From Methanothermococcus sp. (lineage in GTDB: Archaea; AGJL01; Methanococci; Methanococcales; Methanococcaceae), in assembly GCF_015523155.1 (NCBI RefSeq), contig NZ_WAKW01000003.1:3695-67694 (forward strand): a stretch of DNA of 64,000 bases, written 5' to 3'. Below the pieces are notes generated by a model, which did not search any database, had not been told where the DNA came from, and saw nothing but the letters and a program-made list of their open reading frames with translations. Each line of letters begins with the position of its first letter. The first letter of the stretch is position 1. Position numbers and translations under genes: made by a program. Of this stretch, positions 55,017 to 64,000 are shown in pieces.

Positions 55017-55802
55017 TTATTTTATTTTTTCCACAAATGAATTGATTCTCTTCATATTTTTTAATAATATTTTATCTATTTCTGGAGTAATATCATCATC
55101 TAAACAGCTTACGGTTATTGCAGGTGTATTCAATTCACTTATAAATTTTTTAGCATCTTTCTCCTGGAAGAGTATTCCTTCATAATACTTCAAATTAGGT
55201 ATGGTATAAAGCACCCCGTCGAGCTCCCTTATTTCATTACATGAATCAAGCACAGTATCAATAGTTAGAGTCATAGTTCCAGAAGTTTTTGAAACTTTTG
55301 ATGACCTAAAAGTATTCAACAAACCTCTTTTTTTACCGGTATTTAATCTTTCCATGGAGTTGTCTATTTCAAAAATATCTATATCGTATGTGCATTTTGG
55401 ATTTTCTACAATAAGCACATCTGGATTAAATTGTGATAGAATCTCTGGTTCTATACCACCTATTCCAGTTATATCAACAATCAAATCAGGGTTTAGTTTT
55501 CCATTTCTCAATGCTAAATTGAATTTGTTTGAATCCATAAATGTTATTTTTTCGTTTATTATTATATCTTTTAAATGTGGATAAACATCTACAAGTATGA
55601 CCTCATCTGAATCTCTTATTAGTGAGTGAGCCATATAATTTCCACATAAATAAGCACCAAAAACAATAGCTTGTTTAAATTCTTGCCCCTCTAAAAAGTA
55701 TTTTATGGCGTTTGTCTTTTTTTCCACAATGTCATAAATAATATCTTTAACTTTTATTTTTGATTCTATTGTTTTTACGGTTTCTGTTATACCATATTTC
55801 AT
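55017..55802 (-). CDS. hcgC: FeGP cofactor biosynthesis SAM-dependent methyltransferase HcgC
   Basis: MKYGITETVKT, FGAYL.G, DITGIGG, SKTSGTMTL. Confidence 0.88.
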   Translation of the reverse strand: MKYGITETVKTIESKIKVKDIIYDIVEKKTNAIKYFLEGQEFKQAIVFGAYLCGNYMAHSLIRDSDEVILVDVYPHLKDIIINEKITFMDSNKFNLALRNGKLNPDLIVDITGIGGIEPEILSQFNPDVLIVENPKCTYDIDIFEIDNSMERLNTGKKRGLLNTFRSSKVSKTSGTMTLTIDTVLDSCNEIRELDGVLYTIPNLKYYEGILFQEKDAKKFISELNTPAITVSCLDDDITPEIDKILLKNMKRINSFVEKIK

Positions 55803-55806
55803 ATTA

Positions 55807-56307
55807 TCACCAATGATTACCTGTAATTCCAATCCTTTTTAGTGCATCGATTAATTCACTTTTTACCGTATCTTCAATACTTTTTTTATGTATGATTGAT
55901 GACGGAGATAATGAACCTGTTAATATCCTTCCTTTATTGTCCATAATCAATAACATTGAGCCAGAACCTGGAACGCCGAACCTACCTCTTGCAATAATAA
56001 TATCGGCATTTGAAGTATCCGCGGCAATTAAGCCCTTATTTAATGCAGGCATCCTTGTTAAATCTGAAACTTCTGTGGGTATATCTATTTTTGATATAAC
56101 TATATTCTTATTTTTTTCTTTATTTAATATCTTTAGGAGAATATCCTTTACTACTTTAAATTTTTTTGGATTGTTTGTTGCAACGACGATATTTTTTGCA
56201 TTTAATATCATTTGTTTAATCAATTCAACCTCTTCTTTTTTATCTCCTTTTCTAATCCCATTGTATGATTCAACATACGCGCACTTTATAGATTCTTCAA
56301 TTCCCAT
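55807..56307 (-). CDS. hcgB: FeGP cofactor biosynthesis guanylyltransferase HcgB
   Basis: RKGDKKEE, DLTRMPALNKG, ARGRFGVPGSGSM. Confidence 0.88.
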   Translation of the reverse strand: MGIEESIKCAYVESYNGIRKGDKKEEVELIKQMILNAKNIVVATNNPKKFKVVKDILLKILNKEKNKNIVISKIDIPTEVSDLTRMPALNKGLIAADTSNADIIIARGRFGVPGSGSMLLIMDNKGRILTGSLSPSSIIHKKSIEDTVKSELIDALKRIGITGNHW

Positions 56308-56390
56308 TTTTTCCCATTTTATAGTTTAATTATTTTTATTATATTATTATATTATAATAATTTTAAGTTGCCATATTTTATTTTACGCTT

Positions 56391-57896
56391 TTACTGCCTG
56401 TATTTAACCTTTTTAAGCCAGTTCAATTCATTCTTATGGAGCTCCCTTATATCAGTTAATCCCAACCTAAGCATAGCCAATCTACTCAATCCAATGCCCC
56501 ATGCCAAAACTGGTTTTTCTATTCCAATGGGTTTAAGCACCTCAGGTCTGAATATTCCAGCTCCGAGAAGTTCGAGCCATCCTTTTCCTTCCAAATAAAC
56601 CTCTGCTTCCAATGAAGGTTCTGTAAATGGGAAGTATGCAGGTCTTACTCTGACTTTATCAAAGCCCAATCTCCTTAAAAATTCCACTAAAATGCCCATT
56701 AGGTTATCAAAATTAACATCGTCATCCATAATTATTCCTTCACATTGGTAAAATTCAGGAAGATGCTTATAATCAATAGTTTCGTTCCTAAATACCCTAT
56801 CTATACAAAATACCTTATGAGCGTGATTTTTTTCTTCATCCGATAATGAAGCTAAATATTTTATTGACGAAACGGTTGTATGAGTTCTTAAAACTGTTCT
56901 CTTTGATATATTTTCGTCAAATTTATAACTCCATCCCTTAGAAATCTTTTCACCATCGAACATGCCGTTCTCATGTATGTCTTTAACTTTTTTTAGGAGC
57001 TCAGCTGGAACATCCCCTTTGTCAGGATATCTTAAAAAGAATGTATCCTGCATATCTCTTGCTGGATGGTCTTGCGGTTCAAATAATACATCAAAGTTCC
57101 AAAATTCTACCTCAACGATAGGGTTTTTTACCTCCTTGAACCCCATCCCAATTAAAATATCCTTAACTTCATTTATTACTCTTGCCATGGGATGAATTTT
57201 TGCAGGATATATATCTTCTGTTGGAATATTCACATCATAAGGTCTTATGTGGCATTCCTTCCATTTTCCACTAATGATATGCTCTCTGGTTAATTGAGAT
57301 ATCTCTTCCTTTATTTCAATTGGATTTTTTATGAATTCTTTTCCTTTTTCTGTTAATTTAATTGTCCTATCGACTATTTCTTCAACTTCGATAAATCCTC
57401 TTTTTTTCAAGTTATCAATGGCTTTTGCATTATTATATTCTTCTAAATTATTATTTATTTTTATTTTTTTTAGGAGCTCTTCCTCTTCATCCATATAATC
57501 TAAATTGTCTATAATAATATTCCCTTTATCAATTTTCGCAATCTTTTTTTTCTTCAAATTTCCCAATGCAGGACTTATTTCAGATTTATCCAATATATTT
57601 CCAAGGTCTTTAATTGGTATTGAATTTATACCTTTTTCTTTTAAATAATTTGCAATTTTTCTTTCTGGAAAACCTTCATTTAACGCCTTTTCTCCCCTTT
57701 CTGTTAATTTAATATATTCTTTTTTATCCTCAATAATTTCTACCAATTCCTTTCCAGACAGCCACAATGCAGTTCTCATGACCTTTGTTTCTGAACCCAT
57801 TAATTCATTTTCTGCCAATTCCTTAACAGTAATTTCCTCTTTTCCGCTATCTTGAAATATTTTCAAAAGTTTCTTCTCATCAATATGAAGTTCCAT
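56391..57896 (-). CDS. pheS: Phenylalanine--tRNA ligase alpha subunit
   Basis: [36 protein letters not shown]. Confidence 0.95.
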   Translation of the reverse strand: MELHIDEKKLLKIFQDSGKEEITVKELAENELMGSETKVMRTALWLSGKELVEIIEDKKEYIKLTERGEKALNEGFPERKIANYLKEKGINSIPIKDLGNILDKSEISPALGNLKKKKIAKIDKGNIIIDNLDYMDEEEELLKKIKINNNLEEYNNAKAIDNLKKRGFIEVEEIVDRTIKLTEKGKEFIKNPIEIKEEISQLTREHIISGKWKECHIRPYDVNIPTEDIYPAKIHPMARVINEVKDILIGMGFKEVKNPIVEVEFWNFDVLFEPQDHPARDMQDTFFLRYPDKGDVPAELLKKVKDIHENGMFDGEKISKGWSYKFDENISKRTVLRTHTTVSSIKYLASLSDEEKNHAHKVFCIDRVFRNETIDYKHLPEFYQCEGIIMDDDVNFDNLMGILVEFLRRLGFDKVRVRPAYFPFTEPSLEAEVYLEGKGWLELLGAGIFRPEVLKPIGIEKPVLAWGIGLSRLAMLRLGLTDIRELHKNELNWLKKVKYRQ

Positions 57897-58095
57897 TATT
57901 TCACCAATTAAACGTATAAATTTAAAATAAATTTTAGATATATAATTTATAATATCCTTTTTATATATACATCATGTCATGTTTAAATATTATATTTACT
58001 TAGTCTATCATATATCTTTATATTATTTTTATTTTTTAATCGTAAATAGTAATATTCTTTTAAAATATTATTTTATATATGATGATGGTGATGTT

Positions 58096-59187
58096 ATGAC
58101 TGAAATCAACCATAATAACAAAAAATCTAAAAATATAGATATTAACAATATTGATATAGATAAAAGTAATATAAATTGTAATAAAATACCTTCTTCCAAA
58201 AACAAAAATATTATTAAAACTATTGATAAAAATATCATTGATAACATTTATTCTGACGGATTTCCGATAGCACAATACGGATTATATATTAAAAGAGTAA
58301 AACATTATAAAACCTTTAAAATACCTGTTGATGCAGGATTCACATGTCCAAATAAGGATGGAACATTGGATACAAAAGGATGTATTTTCTGTCCAAAGAT
58401 GGGTAGACCAATAAGTGTAAAATATTGCAATACAAAATACCCATTAAAGGAACAGATTGAAAAACAGATTGAAAAACAAAAAAACAAAGGCATTGAAAAA
58501 TTTTATATATATTTTTACCCTGGAACAAACACTTATGGAACCCCAAATAAATTAAAGGAACTCTGGGATTTTGCTCTTTCCTATCCGGATGTAATTGGCT
58601 TATCTATTGGAACTAGACCTGATTGTCTTGAAGATGAAAAATTGGATATTTTAGAAGATTATGTAAATGAAGGTTACGAAATATGGATTGATTTAGGAAT
58701 ACAGACTATGCACCAAAGAACATTAAATATTCTAAACAGAAGACATAAGGTTTCAGATACTGTAAGAACAATATTAGAATGTAAAAAAAGAGGTATTTTT
58801 GTATGCGGTCATGTTATTTTAGGTTTACCCAATGAAACATGGGATGATATGATGAAAACTGCCAAAATACTTTCTAAACTTGAGATAGATGCACTTAAAA
58901 TATATCCATTGGTTGTAATCCAAAATACCGAATTGGAAAATCTTTATTGGAGAGGGGAATATAAAACCCTTGACAAAAAACAATATATTAAGCTTGTATG
59001 TGATTTTTTAGAACGATTATCTCCTTATGTGTTGATTCAAAGATTGTCAAAGGATAAAACCCCCGACGAAATAAAAATATCTCCGGAATGGAATTTGCAC
59101 CGATTAAATATATTGAATGAAGTTTCAAATGAATTAAAGAGAAGAAATACAAAGCAGGGCGTATATTATCAAATTGAAAAAAACTAA
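58096..59187 (+). CDS. TIGR01212/YhcC-family radical SAM protein
   Basis: GFTCPNKDG....GCIFC, IGTRPDC, HVILGLP, IQRL. Confidence 0.85.
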   Translation: MTEINHNNKKSKNIDINNIDIDKSNINCNKIPSSKNKNIIKTIDKNIIDNIYSDGFPIAQYGLYIKRVKHYKTFKIPVDAGFTCPNKDGTLDTKGCIFCPKMGRPISVKYCNTKYPLKEQIEKQIEKQKNKGIEKFYIYFYPGTNTYGTPNKLKELWDFALSYPDVIGLSIGTRPDCLEDEKLDILEDYVNEGYEIWIDLGIQTMHQRTLNILNRRHKVSDTVRTILECKKRGIFVCGHVILGLPNETWDDMMKTAKILSKLEIDALKIYPLVVIQNTELENLYWRGEYKTLDKKQYIKLVCDFLERLSPYVLIQRLSKDKTPDEIKISPEWNLHRLNILNEVSNELKRRNTKQGVYYQIEKN

Positions 59188-59237
59188 TTTTTTATGTTTT
59201 AGTAATTGAAATAAAATATAATAAATTTGGAGATAAT

Positions 59238-59813
59238 ATGAAATATGAAGTGGTAATAACCTCAAAAAATAGTAAAACTAATGAAGATAACAGAGCTCCC
59301 ATAGGAGTATATTATAAAAATAATAAAATCCTAGTTGCTCATCTCTATGAAGGCTCCCACACCTACGAAAATTTAAAAAATGAAGATTATTTTATAATAA
59401 ATATATGCTCTCCATATTTAATAGCTGAATCAGTTCTAAATGATGAGGGAAATTATGGGCATTTGGAATATAACGACTGTTTAATACCATACTTAAAGGA
59501 TTCCTACAAAATATACTTGGCAAAAATAAATAATAGAAAAATTATAGAATCTAAAAATGATTATGGAAATTCTAAACTTATGATTGTTGAAAGCACCATA
59601 ATTTTAGAAAAAGATTTGAAATATCCCCCATTTAAGCCCTACAATAGGGCAGTAGGTCTTATTGTGGAGATGGCAGTATTGTATTCACGATTAAATATTG
59701 TGAATGATGAGAAAAGAAAAAAAATTAAAGAAGAGATGGAAAATTATTTTAAAATCATTAAAAAAGTAGGGTCTGAAAAATATATCAATCTTGGAAAAAA
59801 ATTTTTAGAGTAA
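59238..59813 (+). CDS. DUF447-family protein
   Basis: NRAPIGV, LYEGSHTYENL, YNRA..LIVE.AV..SR. Confidence 0.75.
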   Translation: MKYEVVITSKNSKTNEDNRAPIGVYYKNNKILVAHLYEGSHTYENLKNEDYFIINICSPYLIAESVLNDEGNYGHLEYNDCLIPYLKDSYKIYLAKINNRKIIESKNDYGNSKLMIVESTIILEKDLKYPPFKPYNRAVGLIVEMAVLYSRLNIVNDEKRKKIKEEMENYFKIIKKVGSEKYINLGKKFLE

Positions 59814-59825
59814 TCAATATATCCA

Positions 59826-60392
59826 TTATTCATCATTTAATCCACAAACTCTACAAAAATTTTTTAATATTTCAGACCCATATTCTGTATGGGATACTTC
59901 TGGATGAAACTGCACGCCATATACTGGTTTTTCCTTGTGTTTTATGGATTCTACATCACAAATGTCAGAATATGCAAGAATTTCAAAACATTCAGGGATT
60001 TTTTTAACCTCATCCTTGTGAGATGCCCATGCAGTAAATTCTTTGGGTATATTTTTGAATAAATCATTTTTATTTTTAACATATATCTTTGTACGGGCAT
60101 ATTCCTCAGATTTTGCCCTTCCAACTTCTCCACCATATGCCCGGGCTATTAATTGATGACCTAAACAAATGCCCAATATTGGGAGTTTTGAATTTAAAGC
60201 AATATCTATACACTTTGATGCTTTTTCGATATCTGGACCACCACTCAATATTATGCCTTTTATTTCCTCATTTCCTTCAATTTCAAATAATGGTGTGTCA
60301 TTTGGAATTATTTTTGAAGGTATATTTAAATATTTCAAACTCCTATGTATTCTATGGACATATTGACCTCCATTATTTAATATTACAATCAT
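59826..60392 (-). CDS. guaAA: GMP synthase glutamine amidotransferase subunit A
   Basis: NNGGQY.HRI, GICLGHQ, WASH.DEV, QFHPEV; start placed at MIVILNN. Confidence 0.92.
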   Translation of the reverse strand: MIVILNNGGQYVHRIHRSLKYLNIPSKIIPNDTPLFEIEGNEEIKGIILSGGPDIEKASKCIDIALNSKLPILGICLGHQLIARAYGGEVGRAKSEEYARTKIYVKNKNDLFKNIPKEFTAWASHKDEVKKIPECFEILAYSDICDVESIKHKEKPVYGVQFHPEVSHTEYGSEILKNFCRVCGLNDE

Positions 60393-60432
60393 AACATCAC
60401 CGTTATTAATATATAATATAATTTTATTATTT

Positions 60433-61368
60433 TTATTTTTTTGTTGTAATTTTTGCTCCATTTTCAGTAATTAAAACTGTATGTTCAGTCTGACTTACCA
60501 TACCATGATTTTTCTCAATTAATGTGGGATAACCATATATGCAACCTGAGCTCATCAAATTTCTTAATCCTGCCCTATATTTTGGGTCTTCATTTGCAAG
60601 CCATCTCTCTGCAAATGGAAGGTGTGGATATTTTTTTTCGATAATCTTTAATATTTTCCTTGCAGAGGGTAATCTAAGAGGTCTTGATTTTATATATTTA
60701 AATATGTGTTTTTCATTTCCATCAAATACCCTTCCAAATCCATCAGTTGCAAAAGGTTCTATTGCCACAATATCTCCAACATCAATATAATCTTTTGATT
60801 TCTCCTTTACGTTAGGGATACTTATCCCAGAATGTAGAACATACTGTTCCATGACATGACCAGATAGGTTTGATATTGGTTTATAACCATAACTCTCAAT
60901 TACTTCCTGTATAATCTCTCCCATTTTCCCAATATTCATTGGTGGTATGATTTCTTTAATTACGGTATATAGGGCATCCTCTGACGCCTTTTTTAAATCC
61001 TTATATGAGTTCGACAAATCAATTGTTATTGCACCGTCTGCTATGTATCCATCAACATGAACTCCGACATCTAACTTTACAACATCATTTTCAGAGAATA
61101 CCTTTTCATCCCCATAAATAGGTGTATAATGTGCTGCAATATCATTTATGGATATATTACAAGGAAATGCCACTTCTCCTCCAAGTTCTCTTGTCTTATT
61201 TTCAACATATTCGGCTACATCGTAAAGTTTGGCATCTGGTTTTATAAGATTTACAGCCTCTTCCATTATTTCAGCGTGGATTTTTCCAGCTTTCATTAGT
61301 TTTTCAATCATTTCAGTTTCTTTATCCTCTTCTTCTACTACTATTCTATTTTTATTACTGATTTCCAT
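60433..61368 (-). CDS. map: Type II methionine aminopeptidase
   Basis: AFPCNIS, AAHYTP, DVGVHVDG.IADGA, NLSGH, IEPFAT, QTEHTV. Confidence 0.95.
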   Translation of the reverse strand: MEISNKNRIVVEEEDKETEMIEKLMKAGKIHAEIMEEAVNLIKPDAKLYDVAEYVENKTRELGGEVAFPCNISINDIAAHYTPIYGDEKVFSENDVVKLDVGVHVDGYIADGAITIDLSNSYKDLKKASEDALYTVIKEIIPPMNIGKMGEIIQEVIESYGYKPISNLSGHVMEQYVLHSGISIPNVKEKSKDYIDVGDIVAIEPFATDGFGRVFDGNEKHIFKYIKSRPLRLPSARKILKIIEKKYPHLPFAERWLANEDPKYRAGLRNLMSSGCIYGYPTLIEKNHGMVSQTEHTVLITENGAKITTKK

Positions 61369-61456
61369 TGTATCATCTATTTTTTATATTTTTTTATTTT
61401 CATAATTAAGTTATATTTTATTTTTTTCATTATATAATTTTATTTTATTTAATTTT

Positions 61457-61871
61457 AACTTATTCCACAAGAAGTCCCTTCTGTTATAAATCCTTCGGAT
61501 TTTAACTTCGTTTGATTGTAATATCTCCTCGCTTCGCGAAGATAAGAATTAAAAAATCCTTCATTTCACTTACAAAGTAAGCAAGCAAAAATCGAAATCT
61601 CCGATTTCGAGCTACAAAACTCGAAGAGTTTTGTTTAAACCGAAGGTTTTTCTAATTAGCATTGAACAATAGTGATGAAAACTTAAAAGTTAGTTTTAGG
61701 TCTCCACTTCGCTACTGGGGGATGAAAGCCGAAAATTATTTATATAACTATTCTCACAATATTTATTGCTACCGAAAAGAAAAGGTAGCCTAGGGCTGGG
61801 ACAGTCCGAAGTGACGCCTGTGGAGACTACGGGACAGGCTGGAAGCTTCGTCCGTAAGGACAGTAATTCAC
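61457..61871 (+). mobile_element. Non-autonomous IS200/IS605-derived element, copy C (hairpin array, TATA, tnpB-tail/omega-RNA-like end)
   Basis: Same termini as copies A and B; 61784-61871 translates GSLGLGQSEVTPVE (TnpB-tail-like) and ends GGAAGCTTCGTCCGTAAGGACAGTAATTCAC. Confidence 0.72.
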
Positions 61872-61886
61872 TGAATATATTCCATT

Positions 61887-62987
61887 TTATGTTCTTTTTA
61901 TAACGATTGTAAGTATATCTTCATCTTCCAATACATGATTAAGACCTACCCTTTGACCAGGATATTTTGCAGATTTTCCCCAAACAAGCGCATACCTAAA
62001 ATTCTTTACAAAATCTCTGTGGAGTTTATTACATATATCCTCAACAGTGGAGCCTTTTAAAATAATAAGTGGCTCGTCAAGGTCAGGTTTTTTACCCTGT
62101 GGTTTTAAATAAACCTTCATAAATCCAAGGGTATTGAAAATATTTTCTTTTAATTCTTCAATATTTATATTTTTATAACCTGAAACAAGAATATGTGGTC
62201 TATCCTTTAAAACTTTTTCAATTCTTTGAATATGTTCTTCATTGGCTAAATCCACCTTGTTCACAACAACAAGAGATGGGATATATACTCGATTTGCACT
62301 AATCACATCTATAAATTGGTCTGTTGTAATATCATCCCTTATTACAATATCTGCGTTATGTATCCTATGTTCGTGTAGAATTGCTACAATTGTTTCTTCG
62401 TCTATGTTTGTTAAAGGAACTGTGGTATTTATATTAATTCCACCTCTGTCTTTTTTTACAATCTTAACATCTGGTGGTCTTTGGTCCAATCTAATACCAA
62501 CATTATAGAGTTCCCTTTCAATTACTGGAATATGTTCAGGTGAGAATACATCAACAACAAGCATTACCAAATCCACATTTCTAATGGCGGCTAATACTTC
62601 ACTACCCCTACCTTTTCCAAAGGCTGCACCAGTAATAATACCTGGGGCATCTAATACTTGTATTTTTGCTCCCTTATATTCTAAAATACCAGGAATTATT
62701 GTTAATGTTGTGAAAGCATAAGCTCCAACTTCTGAATTGGCATTTGTAATTTTGTTTAGAAGTGTAGATTTACCAACAGATGGAAATCCTACAAAAGCTA
62801 CTGTGGCATCCCCTGTTTTTTTAACCGCGTAAGAGTACCCTGTTCCCGTGTTTTTTGGTTTATTTTGCATATCCCTTAATTTTGCAAGTTTTGCTTTTAA
62901 TATGCCAATATGTTTTTGGGTAGCTTTGTTGTACTGTGTATTTTTTATCTCGTCTTCTAATTTTTTTATCTCTTCTTGAATACCCAT
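61887..62987 (-). CDS. DRG/Obg-family GTPase with TGS domain
   Basis: GFPSVGKST, YAFTTL, DAPG, NKVD, SAKYPGQRVG. Confidence 0.92.
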   Translation of the reverse strand: MGIQEEIKKLEDEIKNTQYNKATQKHIGILKAKLAKLRDMQNKPKNTGTGYSYAVKKTGDATVAFVGFPSVGKSTLLNKITNANSEVGAYAFTTLTIIPGILEYKGAKIQVLDAPGIITGAAFGKGRGSEVLAAIRNVDLVMLVVDVFSPEHIPVIERELYNVGIRLDQRPPDVKIVKKDRGGININTTVPLTNIDEETIVAILHEHRIHNADIVIRDDITTDQFIDVISANRVYIPSLVVVNKVDLANEEHIQRIEKVLKDRPHILVSGYKNINIEELKENIFNTLGFMKVYLKPQGKKPDLDEPLIILKGSTVEDICNKLHRDFVKNFRYALVWGKSAKYPGQRVGLNHVLEDEDILTIVIKRT

Positions 62988-63147
62988 AGTTTCACCGATA
63001 AATAATGTATTATAAAATATTTATATCTATTTTTATAAATTAAGATTTTATTTTAAATTATTAGGTTATTTTGGAAATAAAAAAAATTTAAAATATATAA
63101 AAAATTTAAAAATATTTATAAATTATAAATAATAAAAAAAGAAAAGA

Positions 63148-63438
63148 TTATTTATTAATCATCTCATCTATTGTGGAAATTATATCCTTAACTTTTGAAT
63201 TTACTATATAATAGTGGTTCCAAGTCCCCTCTTTTCTAGCTTTTATTATACCGGATTTTTTTAATATATTTAAATGATGAGATATGGTTGGTTGAGGCTT
63301 TTTTAATTCATCTATAATATTACAAACACACATGCTATCGTTTTCACTTAATAATCTCAATATCATTAATCTTGTTGGGTCAGCAAAGGCTTTGAAAATT
63401 TCAGCCATATATTCATATTTATTTTCATCTACAACCAT
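63148..63438 (-). CDS. ArsR/SmtB-family transcriptional regulator
   Basis: FKAFADPTRL, CVC, QPTISHHL..LK..G. Confidence 0.9.
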   Translation of the reverse strand: MVVDENKYEYMAEIFKAFADPTRLMILRLLSENDSMCVCNIIDELKKPQPTISHHLNILKKSGIIKARKEGTWNHYYIVNSKVKDIISTIDEMINK

Positions 63439-63612
63439 TTTATCACCAAAAATTAGGTTTTTAAATTTATTAAATATTATATATAAATATAACATCCCAT
63501 CTTATATTTATATATTTTTCAATATGTATATTTAATTATGGTAATTATTGCAATGTATGATATTTATAGATAACGATTTTTATAAAAAAATATAAATTTA
63601 AAAAATAAATAA

Positions 63613-64000
63613 TCAAATTTTTTTAATATTTATAGAGATATTTTTTGGCTCATTGTCCACTCCCTTTAATGAACTTATAATACCTTTTAGGGTGTTTTTA
63701 ATTATCTGTGAAACAAACGGATTTATAGGAATGGTTTTTCCATCAACTATCATTTCTACACCTGTTGCCATTACGCACTGGTTCCATCGCAGTTCCCCAC
63801 TAATGACCTTTTCTACAAACAACTTACAGTTATATCCACAGTGACCACAGTTTAGACTGTATGTTGGGACTATACTTTTTTCAAGCACCTTTTCTACAAC
63901 TTCATCAATATTGTAATTGTAATCTTTAATCATCATAAGAGTTTGAGAATCTAAGAGCTCAGAACCCTCATCTCCTTTTACCATAAGTATCTTTGGAATA
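63613..64000 (-). CDS. mobB: Molybdopterin-guanine dinucleotide biosynthesis protein B, C-terminal part (5' end outside window)
   Basis: LNCGHCGYNC Fe-S domain followed by VDGKTIPINPFVSQII..TL.G; frame open to window edge. Confidence 0.7.
   Translation of the reverse strand, partial: IPKILMVKGDEGSELLDSQTLMMIKDYNYNIDEVVEKVLEKSIVPTYSLNCGHCGYNCKLFVEKVISGELRWNQCVMATGVEMIVDGKTIPINPFVSQIIKNTLKGIISSLKGVDNEPKNISINIKKI

Overview
AT-rich archaeal chromosome segment from a selenocysteine-using, hydrogenotrophic methanogen of the order Methanococcales (Methanothermococcus/Methanococcus-like; taxonomy inferred from gene content only). It is mostly core genome: mmp10 divergent from mcrBDCGA-mtrEDCBAFGH, porCDABEF, the HMG-CoA synthase/thiolase/DUF35 mevalonate cluster with an embedded MNT-HEPN toxin-antitoxin pair, Sec machinery (SepSecS, and a UGA-recoded SelD with its own SECIS), hcgB/hcgC, several Ni-handling genes (larC, cooT, hypA, cooC), topA, ftsZ, minD, srp54, SRP RNA, tRNA-Leu(GAG) and intron-containing tRNA-Met(CAT). 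The most unusual signal is non-coding: a family of intergenic elements (5051-5258, 23886-24215, 61457-61871, fragments at 17844 and 2847). They share termini, contain shuffled cassettes of short C-(GAA/AAA/TTC/TTT)-G hairpins, and in two copies carry a TATA box, a TnpB C-terminal-tail remnant and an IS200/IS605-like right end, which resembles a protein-free omega-RNA cassette. Other leads: a permease-less ABC ATPase/G3E-like GTPase/Fe-S triad, a ClC protein with Val in place of the gating Glu, an exact 36-bp duplication of the MNT active-site motif, three small ORFs missed by the ORF track, an att-like tRNA 3' duplication and an operator-like palindrome at the por promoter. All gene calls come from motif recognition by eye; no database searches were run.
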